A stretch of 63,389 nucleotides of DNA, counting the filler, from Octopus bimaculoides (taxonomy: Eukaryota): NCBI RefSeq assembly GCF_001194135.2. It is 7 parts of 6 records of this genome, joined end to end, with 100 filler letters (N's around TTAATTAATTAA, not from the genome) between each part and the next. Parts side by side here need not be neighbours in the genome. Positions count along the whole stretch, not along the records: positions 1 to 29,134 come from NC_068981.1; 6 more parts are not named here. The stretch is one strand, 5' to 3'. The number at the start of each line of letters is the position of its first letter. Positions within the stretch are counted from its first letter, which is position 1. The notes below the pieces were generated by a model. That model saw only the letters and a program-made list of their open reading frames with translations, was not told where the DNA came from and did not search any database. Below are positions 1 to 12,124 of the stretch, in pieces. A program made the position numbers and the translations under genes.

Positions 1-330
1 CCGAAGCCATAGCCTCCATGTATGCCATGGAAGCCTCCAGCACGACGTCCGACATGACCATTGAAGTCTCCAGGCACAAAGAGAAGGTCCCTGTCACTCG
101 TCGACGAGGTAGTTTGCAAGAGGGTGTCATAGAATTGGTCTTTCAGACCATCTGGTAGCCCCGGTTGAGGTGCATAGGCTGAGATGACAGTAGCTAATCT
201 ATGATGAAGCACTAGTCTAATCTCAAGTACTCTGTCACTTACTCTAACGACCTCGATTACCTTATCCACCCATTTCTCTGCTAGAAGTATTCCTACGCCC
301 CCGACCCCGTCAGTGTTCCCTACCTGAAAA
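1..330 (-). mobile_element. RTE-clade LINE fragment, AP-endonuclease domain (one frameshift)
   Basis: Manual minus-strand translation gives GVGGVGILLAEKWVDKVIEVVRV / SDRVLEIRLV...VISAYAPQPGL...LFVPGDFNGHVG...HGGYGFG, the APE endonuclease motifs (SAYAP, GDFNGHVG, GxYGFG) typical of RTE elements. Confidence 0.9.
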
Positions 331-541
331 CCAGTATATAATATTCAGAACACCTTGAAGAACTTCAGCTTCTAGACACATATCATATATTAATTATTAA
401 TATAATACTAAAATGATATTATAGATACTAAATTAAAATTAATATTGACATCTGATTTGACAATATATTTTTTTACTAGTCTGTTTCACTACAAATTTGA
501 ATTTCTAAAATTTGCTAATTCTCCATTATTTTATTTCCAAG

Positions 542-1713
542 TCACATCACCTGTGGCCAAAGCTCTCAACAAGATCCAAGGAAATGGACAAGCCTACCTT
601 GGGACTCTGCTGCCAACAGTTGCTGTGACGATCTTTAGGCTCAAGGACTTGAAGTCCAAGGGTCTCATCTACTGCAGCCCCTTGGCCAACGCACTTTTGA
701 CAGGCATCAACAAAAGGTTTAGGATCCTCCTGGGGGATAAGTATTGCCAGCTGGATGCTGCCTTCCACCCCAGGTTTTGCCTCATCTGCTTGAATAAGAA
801 TTACAACACCAAGGTGAGGAAAAGCATAGAGGGTAAGGTCAAGGAGGCCATGAGGCAGCAGTCTGATGAAGTGAGCAACAATGAAGAGGAAGATGACTTC
901 TTCAGTGGTATCAACCAGCCAAAAGAGAGCAGCAGGAGTCACAGGTCACTCAAGGACAAGGCCCAGAATTTGGTCAAGACGTAGTTGGAGACGAACTCCA
1001 AGGACTTACTGACAGATGCTGCCTTCTTGGATGAGCAAGTGTTGGTAGACTTGTTCAAGTTCAACACAGCCATCCCTTCCAATGCTGCAGTGGAGTGTTT
1101 GTTCTCTATGGGCAAGGACATCTTGAGGGTCAAGAGATCGTCCCTGTCTGATGAAAACTTTGACATGCTAATTTTTATGAAGGGCAACATGCATCTCATG
1201 AACAAAATGGAGAACAAGAAGAAGAGGAAAAAATAGATTATGTATATATTGTTTTTCATTGTTTTTATTTTTATTTTTATTTTTTTTCCGACCACTTTCT
1301 CAATAAACCTTTTTAGTTTAATACTGATATTGTGTTTCATTTGAGTTTTTTTTTTTTTTTTACCCTTTTCTGGTTCTAAAAGACTTTAAAAACTTAAAAA
1401 AGGACCAAAACTATAAAATCAGCATTTTTAAACTCGAAAGCAAAAAGAACTATAGTTTTGGGGTTCTAAAGTCCTTAAAAAGGCAAACAAAGGCTGATTT
1501 TATAGTTTTGGCACTTTTTAAAGGTTTTTTAGGTGGCTTTAGAGCAAAAACTGATTCTTTTGTTTTTTTCTATAATAAAAATTAACATTAATGGTTTATT
1601 GATAACTTGTGTTACATTTTTTAAGAATTAGTTGATTAACAGTTATTGAATTTTTTGGTTAATGGATTAACAGTTAACGAAGTTAACTTTTCGATTAGTG
1701 GTGCCTACCTTTG
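542..1713 (+). mobile_element. hAT DNA transposon, 3' part (transposase C-terminus with dimerization domain, subterminal region, right TIR)
   Basis: ORFs 445-984 and 985-1236 are one frame broken by a single TAG (982-984). FNTAIPSNAAVECLFSMGKDILRVKRSSLSDENFDMLIFMKGN matches the hAT dimerization motif. Repetitive subterminal sequence ends near 1713 (reverse complement CAAAGGTAGGCACCACTAATCG). Confidence 0.85.
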
Positions 1714-1751
1714 GTAGATAGTATGTGCAAAAATTTTGTGTTATGTAAATG

Positions 1752-2650
1752 TAAGGTGCATTCAAAAAGTATCTGACTTTATTTTTTTTCACCAAAACTA
1801 ATGCCACATAGGCAAAATCCTTTAGGTAGGAGGTGATGCCACCATTTCTGCACATGTGTGGAAATTTTCCTGTTAGTAAGCTTCATCAATTCCTGGCAGT
1901 TATGCCTAAAGTACAGACATGTAGTGTGCATTCATTAGATTTTTGTTTTCACCAAATGCATCAAATAGAGATATTACACCGAGTTTTGCCAAAGACTTGG
2001 TGATACTCAAGCTCAAAACTGTCAGAAGATTCTACAGGCTTTTGGCAATGATGCCATGGGCAAAACTCAAATCAAGGAGTGGTACAATTGCTACAAACAT
2101 AGCTGCACCTCAGTGGAGAATGAGGCATGCTCAGCTAGGCCATCTACAAGCTGAATTGAGGAGCTGATTGAGAAGTTTCTGTGAATAATCATGGAAGACT
2201 GCCATGTAGCAATCCAGGAAATATAAAGTGGGAATAAGTACATGTTCAGTGCACTCCATTTTAGCAGAGAATTTGTGCATGCAGAGTGTGTTGGCAAAAT
2301 TTTTCCTCAAGCCACTGGCAGAGTAGCAGAAGCAACTCCATATGGAAATTGCTCAGGACATGCTGGACTGAGTGAAACCTTGACCTGGACTACAGGAAGA
2401 CCAACATTACTGTTGACAAGACATGGGTTTATGGTCTCTGCTTTATGTGTTTGATTATCTTGTGTGAAAACAAAAATCCAATATGCACACAATATATGTC
2501 AGTACTCTAGGCATAACAGCCTGGAACTGATGTAGCCTACCTGTGCAAAAATTTTCCTGCATATACTGGAAGGGTAGTGTTACTTCCCACCCAAAGGATT
2601 TTGCTCATGTGGCATTAGTTTTGGTGGAGAAAAATAAAGATCTTAGCAAA
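1752..2650 (+). mobile_element. Non-autonomous mariner derivative with ~200-bp terminal inverted repeats
   Basis: Left end GTAAGGTGCATTCAAAAAGTATC resembles a mariner TIR. 1765-1960 is a diverged inverted copy of 2455-2645. The interior translates with frameshifts to a mariner N-terminus (FGNDAMGKTQIKEWYN...SARPSTS). Confidence 0.75.
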
Positions 2651-2956
2651 AAACAAAGATGCTTCAAATTTCTAAGATTGCGGAGGCACAGTATTTTAAG
2701 TGTGTGGGTATGTGGAAATTTTAAAACATTGAAAATTCATAATGTTTCCAAGTTTAGTTTTCACTAGAATTAGTAATGTATCATATATTTGAAAAAAAAA
2801 AAATAGTGATCAACTGGCTGAAACATTGTATGGAAGAGAATTTTAAAGAATCAAATAATTCAATACCTTTTTAAAATATCAATTCAAATACATAATTAGC
2901 AAAAGTTCAACTCCAGAATAATTTCTTTAAATTCTAGTGTCAATATTAACTATTCT

Positions 2957-3171
2957 GAAGGTTGTGAGCTGGCTGAATCGTTACCACACTAGGCAAAATG
3001 CTTCGCAGTATTTCATTCATCCTTATATTCTGTGTTCAAATTCCACCAGGGTTGACTTTGCCTTTCATCTTTTTGGAGTCAATAAAATAAGGACCAGTCG
3101 AAGGCTGGGGTCGATGTAATCAACAATCCCTCATCCCTGAAATTGCTGGCCTTGTACCAAAATTTGAAACC
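2957..3171 (+). mobile_element. tRNA-derived SINE, family D (GGCGGCGAGCTGGCAGAA-type)
   Basis: Contains the B-box-like GTTCAAATTCC and body CTTTGCCTTTCATCC...GGGGTCGATGTAATC shared with many copies in the window. Confidence 0.8.
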
Positions 3172-3235
3172 AATATTTACTATGTATAATACCTACAGTT
3201 TGATGAGGCTGATTGGAAAGCCTTTACAAGTATTT

Positions 3236-3553
3236 CTGAGACCCCCTTTGGTCATGACGGACCATGGGATTGCATCTAGAAAGTTACCTCCTAGGCACAA
3301 GTCCGGGCAAGGTTGTTTATGGAAGACCAGCAGTCACCCATGCATACCGACCTCTCCTCTCTGAGGGAAAGACAAAGAATGATACAGCTTGGCACCTGTG
3401 ACGTCGCAACTCATTTCTACAGCTGAGTGAACTGGAACAACTTGAAATAAAGTGTCTTGCTCAAGAACACAACACACAGCCCGGTCTGAGATTTGAACTC
3501 ACAACCTCACAATTGTAAGCTCAATGCTCTAACTACTGAGCCATGTGCCTTCA
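3236..3553 (-). mobile_element. tRNA-derived SINE, family B
   Basis: Reverse complement begins GAAGGCACATGGCTCAGTAGTTAGAGCATTGAGC...GAGTTCAAATC (A/B boxes); homologous to 44002-44335 and 47254-47448. Confidence 0.8.
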
Positions 3554-3999
3554 CAAGTATTATTAACACCTCAATCCAATTCAAAACACAGAATGCTGAT
3601 CCATAGAATATTGATGATGAAGAAAGGATACCCTAATTTCTGTTACTTAACTCTGTTATTTAAATTGAAATCAAGATCTTTTTTTTTCTTTTTTCATAAG
3701 CTATTAATTTTATAAATATGTTAAATGATTTTCAGATATGGTTTTAGAAAATATATTTTATTTTTGAATTGAAGAATTTAAATATATTTAGAAAGATGAA
3801 GGAGGAGATATTGGAAATAGTAAAATATACATTTAAAAATACTCACAAGTGAAATAAAAGAATAAAAGGCTACACTCAAAAAATTATGAATTTTGAATCT
3901 TGAAACAATTCTTCCTCTTTTTATGAGCATTGTGTGACAAGATGCTCATTTGTAACTATTGTGTGAAGCCCAGGCAAAGAAATAAGAGCACTTTCATGT

Positions 4000-4165
4000 A
4001 TGTATGTACACACAGTGGACTTTTAGACTCCACCTGATATATCCACTTACAAGGCTTTGGTTAGTCAGAGGTTGTAGTAGAACACACTTGCTAAGGTGTT
4101 GCACAGTGAGACTGAACCTGAAACCACACGAGTGGGAAGTAAACTTCTTAACCATATAGCCAGGG
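4000..4165 (-). mobile_element. tRNA-derived SINE family C (CORE-like), 5' fragment
   Basis: Diverged match to the 5' half of the near-complete copy at 62862-63270. Confidence 0.65.
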
Positions 4166-4679
4166 CTGTCTTTGCAGCTTTGGACCCCTAGACCCATGAG
4201 GCCACTGAGCAATGCCTAGTGTATCCATGCCTCCAGACAACCTAGCACATAGCCATACCTACATTTCAGAGGAACTTGTTAGAATGCTGTGGTCTTCTAC
4301 TACTATAAAGTGATGTCATGTCATCTTATGTAGGGATTCTATATGACACAATCTATGTCAATGGGGTGAAGAAGCAGCCATTTGATACCATAAATTTCAG
4401 TTGGTTCATTATTTTCTATGCATATTAACCAAACATCATTATATAATAGATTTTTTGAATAAACAAAAAATTCTCCATCTTTAGACTAACTTTTAATTCT
4501 AGTTTCTAGATAAAGGAAAATGTTGATGCAACACATTTCCATCAGTCTTGTATAAATAAGCAAAATATCTTTTACTGGTTGGACAGTAATCCAAAACAAT
4601 TTCATGAATGTTTCTTTCACTGTACAAATGTAACAGCATGGTATTATGTGGAACACTTTGGGCTGACAAGTCCATATTT

Positions 4680-5100
4680 CGTCCAAGAAGGTGGAAAGGC
4701 AGAGTAAATTCTGTTTGTGTTGTGCAACTTCATTTTCCAGTACTGAACAGATGTAGTATTAGTACACAGCATTTATAGTTTCAGCAAAGTAAAACAACTG
4801 GCAGTAATAGCTTCAATGGACATTATTAAAGAAATATTTACTGTCCATGTTATTTTCCAGCATAGTGACCTGACAGGGACTACCTGATTGTCTAACTGTT
4901 TGGATTGTGATTATTTCCTTTGGGGCTATGTCAAAAGGAAAGGCTTCATCAATAAACCACATACACTTGATGAAGGCTGTAACTCATCAGAAAATTATAG
5001 CAGTACCTCAAGATAAGGTGTGACATGCACTATGAAACTTCCAGATTAGGGATGGGCACAAAATAACAGGAAGATTGATGCCATTTTCAAGACCAAATGA
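4680..5100 (+). mobile_element. Degenerate Tc1/mariner-superfamily transposase, catalytic C-terminus
   Basis: Translation CDYFLWGYVKRKGFINKPHTLD near 4905-4970, ending ...IFKTK*. Confidence 0.7.
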
Positions 5101-5184
5101 ACAGTTGTTTATGTATAACATATATGCTTACAAACAGCAAACATTTTTTGTGCATCTAAGCAATAAAGGTTGTTAATATTTCCC

Positions 5185-5405
5185 ATTTACGTAAGGTGGT
5201 GAGCTGGAAGAATTGTCAGCATGCCAAGCAAAATGCTTAGTGGCATTACGTCCATTCTTACATTCTGAGTTCAAATTCCACCGAGGTCAACTTTGCCTTT
5301 CATCCTTTCAGGGTCAATAAGATACGTATCAGTTGAGCACTGGGGTCAATGTAATTGACTTCCTACACCCCCAAAACTGCTGGCCTTGTGTTAAAATTTG
5401 AGACC
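5185..5405 (+). mobile_element. SINE family D
   Basis: TAAGGTGGTGAGCTGGAAGAATTGTCAGC...GAGTTCAAATTCCACCGAGGTC...; full monomer. Confidence 0.8.
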
Positions 5406-5635
5406 AGTATTTTACATTTTCCAGATATTTTATTCATTTAGAAACCATCAGCTTTCTCTCTATTTACATATATATATATATATANNNNNNNNNNNNNNNN
5501 NNNNNNNNNNNNNNNNNNNNNNNNNNNNNNNNNNNNNNNNNNNNNNNNNNNNNNNNNNNNNNNNNNNNNNNNNNNNNNNNNNNNNNNNNNNNNNNNNNNN
5601 NNNNNTATATATATATATATATATATATATATGGT

Positions 5636-5777
5636 CTGTCACAGCTGTAGAAACTCTGCCAAATTAGATTGGAGCCTGGTGTTGCCATCCGGTTTCACCA
5701 GTCCTCAGTCAAATCGTCCAACCCATGCTAGCATGGAAAGCAGACGTTAAACGATGATGATGATGATGATGATGATA
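5636..5777 (+). mobile_element. RTE-type retroelement 3' end with (GAT)n tail
   Basis: CAGCTGTAGAAACTCTGCCAAAT...CCAACCCATGCTAGCATGGAAAGC.GACGTTAAACGATGATGAT; recurs about 10 times in the window. The RTE assignment is inferred from the tail type. Confidence 0.7.
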
Positions 5778-5869
5778 TGTCTTGTGTAATAGTTTTAGAA
5801 ATTTTTGAGAGCTATAAAAAAATTATGTGTGTGTGTGTTGGCATGTGCATATGTGTGTCTGTATGTGTG

Positions 5870-6448
5870 ATTGTGGGTATATTAAATATCATAATATCAC
5901 ACTTGATAAATTCTTGATTTATTGAAATTATCTCCACTCGACAGAGCAGGTAGAATAACCACCTGATAGCAATTGGGACTGACTTCAAACAAGAAGAGGA
6001 GATAAACTCAAACATCATGAATTCTCCAAAAGTGACATGCTATTGTGGAAAAAGAACAGTCTGGAAAAAGAGGAAAGCTGTTTACACATGTTTCAACCTC
6101 AATAAGTATCATCTGCACAACAGTAGTCATAATCTGTCTCCAGAAGAACAAGGCAGACATATAAAAAAAGTGTAGACCATATGTAAAGCCTAGATACTGT
6201 GCACAGATGAAACAAAATGAGCTAAGAGAAATAAGACAGAGTAGTCAGTGATATGTATTTGAACAAAAAACATGAATATGGGGATATTAAATAAGATAAT
6301 TCGTAATTTATTGAAATTATCTTTACTTCCAGAGAAAGCAGAACAATCACCTGGTGGCAGATGGGATCAACTCCAAATAAAAAAAGGGACATGATGACAA
6401 GAATCAAGGATTTTCCAAAATTGATATGCATTAAGAAAATACAGTCTT
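5870..6448. repeat. Diverged direct duplication, ~180-190 bp x2
   Basis: 5870-6062 aligns with 6273-6448 (TTTATTGAAATTATCT...TCCAAAA.TGA.ATGC...ACAGTC), with no gap over the central ~125 bp. Confidence 0.65.
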
Positions 6449-6712
6449 ACAATAGATAAACATATACATACATACATACATATGTGGAGACAAGTACCAA
6501 TGTCCTATGTGGCAGGGTTGATAACTGCTGAGAATTCTTGGCATGAAACCAATAGTAGTCTTGTTAACTGACATATATATAAAGAATATTTATCCACCAA
6601 TGCAGTATTGAGCACTCATTCTCATTGTTCGATATTAGCATGTACATTATTTATATATATATATATATAAATATATATTATCCGAAATGCACAGTATTAA
6701 ATATTCATCACA

Positions 6713-6802
6713 GCTGATCTTACCAACTGGTTTCATGTAAAGAATACAATGGGGTATTAGGTAACAATCCAATTATATAACTTTACGCTCGTCAGAGTTA
6801 GC
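6713..6802 (-). ncRNA. Decayed type I hammerhead ribozyme (Penelope pLTR-like)
   Basis: Reverse complement: CTGACGA, stem II GCGTAAAG/CTTTACAT, GAAA, CCAGTTGG, TA. Stem I is only partly paired. Confidence 0.55.
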
Positions 6803-6821
6803 CAATACGGAAGGGAATATA

Positions 6822-6853
<32 letters not shown>

Positions 6854-6883
6854 CACACACACACACATATATATATAGATTAG

Positions 6884-7066
6884 CTACACTCTCTGAGTGG
6901 TTGGCGTTAGGAAGGGCATCCAGCTGTAGAAACTCTGCCAAATCAGATTGGAGCCTGGTGTTGCCATCCGGTTTCACCAGTCCTCAGTCAAATCGTCCAA
7001 CCCATGCTAGCATGGAAAGCGGACGTTAAACGATGATGATGATGATGATGATGATGATCAACATCA
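6884..7066 (+). mobile_element. RTE-type retroelement 3' end with (GAT)n tail
   Basis: Same family as 5636-5777. Confidence 0.7.
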
Positions 7067-8148
7067 TCATCATCATCATCATTGCACATTCGTTTTTTTT
7101 TTTCCATTCTTTGCAATGGTTGGATGTATTTTCTGTAGCAATCTGAGTAATCTGAGATCAAGCCTTCATCACTTATTCCCAAACCTTCCTTGGTCTTCCT
7201 CCCACTTGAAACACTTAGCACTTCTTTACTTACCTGTCATCCTACATACTCACATAGTGAGACACACACACACATACACATACACATGTACATGTGTTTC
7301 TGCATTCACTCTCACACATACACCTGTACGTGTGTGTTTAAAATATTTACCTCTTTCCTTTCTTACTTTCATTGCAGGATAGTTTATATATTGACTGTGG
7401 ACGTTTTTTTTTTATAACTTGTGTGTGTTTTTTAAAGTTGTCTTAAATTTTTATAAATAAATATTCCACCAGCCATATGTTGTGCAGGCTTGATGTAAAA
7501 TTACATATGTTAGGTTTGTTATGTGTCTCCTGTCACATATTCAAACTGAAGAGTTTATTGATTCTTTACTTAAAACAGAATATATCTGTTACCACATAAA
7601 ATAAAATAATTCATTCATAAATAATAATAATTCATATGCAGGACAAAAGAAATATATACATACAAATATATATATATACATATATATATATATATGCATA
7701 TATATAATATACATATACATACATACATACATACANNNNNNNNNNNNNNNNNNNNNNNNNNNNNNNNNNNNNNNNNNNNNNNNNNNNNNNNNNNNNNNNN
7801 NNNNNNNNNNNNNNNNNNNNNNNNNNNNNNNNNNNNNNNNNNNNNNNNNNNNNNNNNNNNNNNNNNNNNNNNNNNNNNNNNNNNNNNNNNNNNNNNNNNN
7901 NNNNNNNNNNNNNNNNNNNNNNNNNNNNNNNNNNNNNNNNNNNNNNNNNNNNNNNNNNNNNNNNNNNNNNNNNNNNNNNNNNNNNNNNNNNNNNNNNNNN
8001 NNNNNNNNNNNNNNNNNNNNNNNNNNNNNNNNNNNNNNNNNNNNNNNNNNNNNNNNNNNNNNNNNNNNNNNNNNNNNNNNNNNNNNNNNNNNNNNNNNNN
8101 NNNNNNNNNNNNNNNNNNNNNNNNNNNNNNNNNNNNNNNNNNNNNNNN

Positions 8149-8184
<36 letters not shown>

Positions 8185-8410
8185 TTACATATATATATAC
8201 ACACATATATATATATACATACATATACATACATATATACATACATACATATACATACACACATTATATATATATATATACACATTCATATACATACATA
8301 TATACATGCATATATATACATACATACATACATATCATATACATACATATATATATATATATGCATATATATAATATACATATACATACATACATACATA
8401 CATACACATA

Positions 8411-9635
8411 CAGGGTGCGTAAGGTATTTGAGGACATACCTTTTTTGAGTCATTGCTGCATTTTTTTGCTAACTCTGTATAATCTTTGTTTCAGAAAATA
8501 ATAATGGCAGACCCTCAGCTTACTCAAGAAATGAAGAGGCATAGTTTTATTGTGGTTATAAAGGTTGAACATAGCGATTTAGAAATATCTCGATTTTTAA
8601 AAGTTGCCTGATCTTTCATCTACAAAGTTTGTAACGAGTTAGAGACTGAAGATAGAAACGTATCACCAGTATTATAGCTTAAAAGTATTCTAAATGCTCT
8701 AAAATTATCAGAACACTTGAATTTATCCAGGAAGTTCAACAGAACATTGATTACAATCCCAGAAAGTCCATGAGGTCAATTGCAAAAAACTCTACATGTG
8801 TCAGAAGGAACAGTTAGAAATGTTGTCCACAAAGACATCAGATATAAGCTTTGTATGATGAGGAAACGACAATTCGTCAGAAAAAGCAAAAGAAAATCCC
8901 TACATCAGATCTAAAAGGTTCTTAAACAAACTGAAAAATCCAGCAGAAGAAGATTTGATTTGGTTTTTCTCAAAAGATCAAAAAGTTAACAGAAGAAATG
9001 AGAGGTGGTTATGTGCAGACCCTTCTGAAGTTCCAAGTGTTATGCATACAAAATTTCCAGTAACCGTCATGGTTTTAGGGGCTGTCAGCAATGAAAAACA
9101 TGTGATGCCTCTTTACTTCTTTCCACAAGGTCTTAAGGTTAACTCTGCTGCCTACATTGAGGTCCTGGAAACAATTGTTAAACCCTGGATAGACAGTGTA
9201 TGCAATGGAAGGCCATATGTGTTTCAGTAAGACACTGTACTATCACACATGACTCTAGTAACACAGGAATGGATGGCTGAAAATTTTCATGGTCACATTT
9301 GGCCTCCTATTTCCCCAGATCTCAATCCACTGGACTATTACATGTGGAGCGTTGTTGAGAGAGAGGTCAATGAACACGCCCATAACACCAAAGATTCTTT
9401 GAAGGATGCCATAGTCAGAGTAATGTCCAAAATGAACCAAGACACTTGATTTGAGCATGTAAATGATTTAGATTTCTTATAGAAGCAGCTGTTGAAGCTG
9501 AAGCTTTATTGAATAACATAGAAAAGAATGTTTATTTTTATCCCGATAGCATTTTTTGATAAATAAAGTTATCTGTTATATATCTGTTTTTTTTTTATAA
9601 GCATAAATCTGTCCTCTAATATCTTACACACCCTG
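8411..9635 (+). mobile_element. Near full-length Tc1/mariner (DD37D/maT-like) transposon, transposase disrupted
   Basis: 26-bp TIRs CAGGGTGCGTAAGGTATTTGAGGACA / TGTCCTCTAATATCTTACACACCCTG (23/26 match), flanked by TA. Transposase starts near 8503 and includes VMVLGAVS...KPWIDSV...WPPISPDLNPLDYYMWS, with stops and frameshifts. Confidence 0.9.
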
Positions 9636-9997
9636 TATANNNNNNNNNNNNNNNNNNNNNNNNNNNNNNNNNNNNNNNNNNNNNNNNNNNNNNNNNNNNN
9701 NNNNNNNNNNNNNNNNNNNNNNNNNNNNNNNNNNNNNNNNNNNNNNNNNNNNNNNNNNNNNNNNNNNNNNNNNNNNNNNNNNNNNNNNNNNNNNNNNNNN
9801 NNNNNNNNNNNNNNNNNNNNNNNNNNNNNNNNNNNNNNNNNNNNNNNNNNNNNNNNNNNNNNNNNNNNNNNNNNNNNNNNNNNNNNNNNNNNNNNNNNNN
9901 NNNNNNNNNNNNNNNNNNNNNNNNNNNNNNNNNNNNNNNNNNNNNNNNNNNNNNNNNNNNNNNNNNNNNNNNNNNNNNNNNNNNNNNNNNNNNNNNN

Positions 9998-10042
<45 letters not shown>

Positions 10043-10090
10043 TATATATGTATATATACACATACATATATACAAACATATACATACATA

Positions 10091-10128
<38 letters not shown>

Positions 10129-10171
10129 CATATATATACATACATATATATACATATATATATACATACAT

Positions 10172-10545
10172 ATCATCATCATCATCATCATCGTTTAACG
10201 TCCGCTTTCCATGCTAGCATGGGTTGGACGATTTGACTAAGGACTGGCGAACCAGATGGCTGCACCAGGCTCCAATCTGATCTGGCAGAGTTTCTACAGC
10301 TGGATGCCCTTCCTAACGCCAACCACTCTGGGAGTGTGGTGGGTGCTTTTACGTGCCACCAGCACGAGGGCCAGTCAGGTGATACTGGCAATGGCCACAC
10401 TCAAAATGGTGTTTTTTACATGCTACCTGCACAGGAGCCAGTCTAGCAGCACTGGCAACAACCTTGCTTGAATGTTGTTTTACATGCCAGTAAGGTGGTA
10501 ATGATCGTGCTCAAAAGGTGCTATTTACGTGCCACTGGCATGGAA
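10172..10545 (-). mobile_element. RTE-type retroelement 3' UTR
   Basis: Reverse complement of the (GAT)n-tailed family, including its internal tandem subunits. Confidence 0.7.
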
Positions 10546-10812
10546 GCTAGATGGAATAGTGACTCTTTTGGTATGCATGTACAGCCATCTGTGTATGTGC
10601 ATCTGAACACACATATATGTACTCATGTGTTTATGTTTTTGTATCCATGTATATCTGTATATGGTAATGTATACATGCATATGCATGTATATACGAGTTT
10701 TTATGACTCTGTATATGGTTTTTTATATACTTTTTGTATGTTTTTTATATGCCTTATATTTTTATTTTATATTTGTATTTGAATTTTGCAAAATTCATGA
10801 ATTGAATTTTGT

Positions 10813-10948
10813 AAATCTCTGAAGAGGCCTAGTGAATCATGCATGTACCCCCATTACATCATTTTCATCTACTAATTATTCCAGCGTACTGGAGCTATAT
10901 AGATAGAATGGGGCATGCCAATGCTAGGCTGAAACAGCTGTAAGATTT
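10813..10948 (+). ncRNA. Type I hammerhead ribozyme with long stem II loop (Penelope pLTR-like)
   Basis: AAATCT (10813-18), CTGAAGA (10819-25), GGCCTAG ... CTAGGCT (10924-30), GAAA, CAGCTG, TA, AGATTT (10943-48). T-rich upstream sequence and AATAAA near 11060. Confidence 0.75.
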
Positions 10949-12061
10949 TGTCCTTTCTCCAATTGCTAGATATCTTTTAAATTTGAAATCTTAATTGTTG
11001 ATATGACATGGTATGTCATAAGTGTCTGTATATTGTCTTTATTGTCATTTTGGTTATAAAATAAACAGATTAATCAACAGAATACAGTGTCTGCAAGTTG
11101 ATGAGTACTTCATATTCCCCTCCATTTTCTTATTGCTATATAAATTTAGGATTAAAAAAAACCCTTTTACCCGCACCCACTTATTGCACTTGGTATAACA
11201 CTAGTGTAACAATAATTGGGTACCCTCCCAGCAGTATATTGGATAGATATTATCCGTTAGTGGGTTGGATCCTCAACCCCTAACTCTCTTGGATTATATA
11301 TATATATATATATATAATGCACAATATATGAATTTAACTAATCCAGTGGTAATTACAGAAAAGCTCCTTTAGTAGACCAGGTTACAAACCACAGAAAGAG
11401 AAATACAGAAATAACTGACATAGGGTTAATGGGTCTCTTTAACTTTGCTGTGATACACAACCTCTAGAGTCAGTGACATGATAAAAAGCATCCAATTCAA
11501 ATTGTAATGTGACTAACAACAGAAAGAGCATTGACCTGCTTAAAAAAGACAACATTCCCAAAACAAGAAAAGACTGAACGGGAGAGATATGAACTCTGCA
11601 AGACACAGTGCAGACAACCCATTTAGGTGAGCAATATCTCCAAATATAACATGATAGTAAGTAGGAGGAAGTCATCAGTTCTGTCACAGACAACTCCTTT
11701 TGTGCTAGCTGAATGACAAAATACATCCAGTTCATGCTGTTAAGTGTTACATATGTCATCTTGTTGTGAAAGCTATTAAAAACATGACATAAACAATACC
11801 AAAAGATTGATATTTTTCTTTGTTGCTCAGTATGCTAGATGATGAATGATTGTAACAGGTGGTAAGACACTGTGAGAGATGTCCAACTCCTGCCAGTGTG
11901 GAAAAAATGGACATTAAATGATGACTGCATAGAAACATACACACACGCAGCCATACACATCTAAATATATATACAAGCATGCACATATGTATTTGCATAT
12001 ATATATATATATGTATGTTTGTATGTATGTATGTATGTATATATCTATATATCTATATCTA

Positions 12062-12124
<63 letters not shown>

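Noticed and set aside
5690-5712. CTGAGGA...GAAA on the minus strand of the RTE-type tails
   Set aside because: Only 5 nt lie between the boxes (no stem II) and there is no UH triplet; coincidental.
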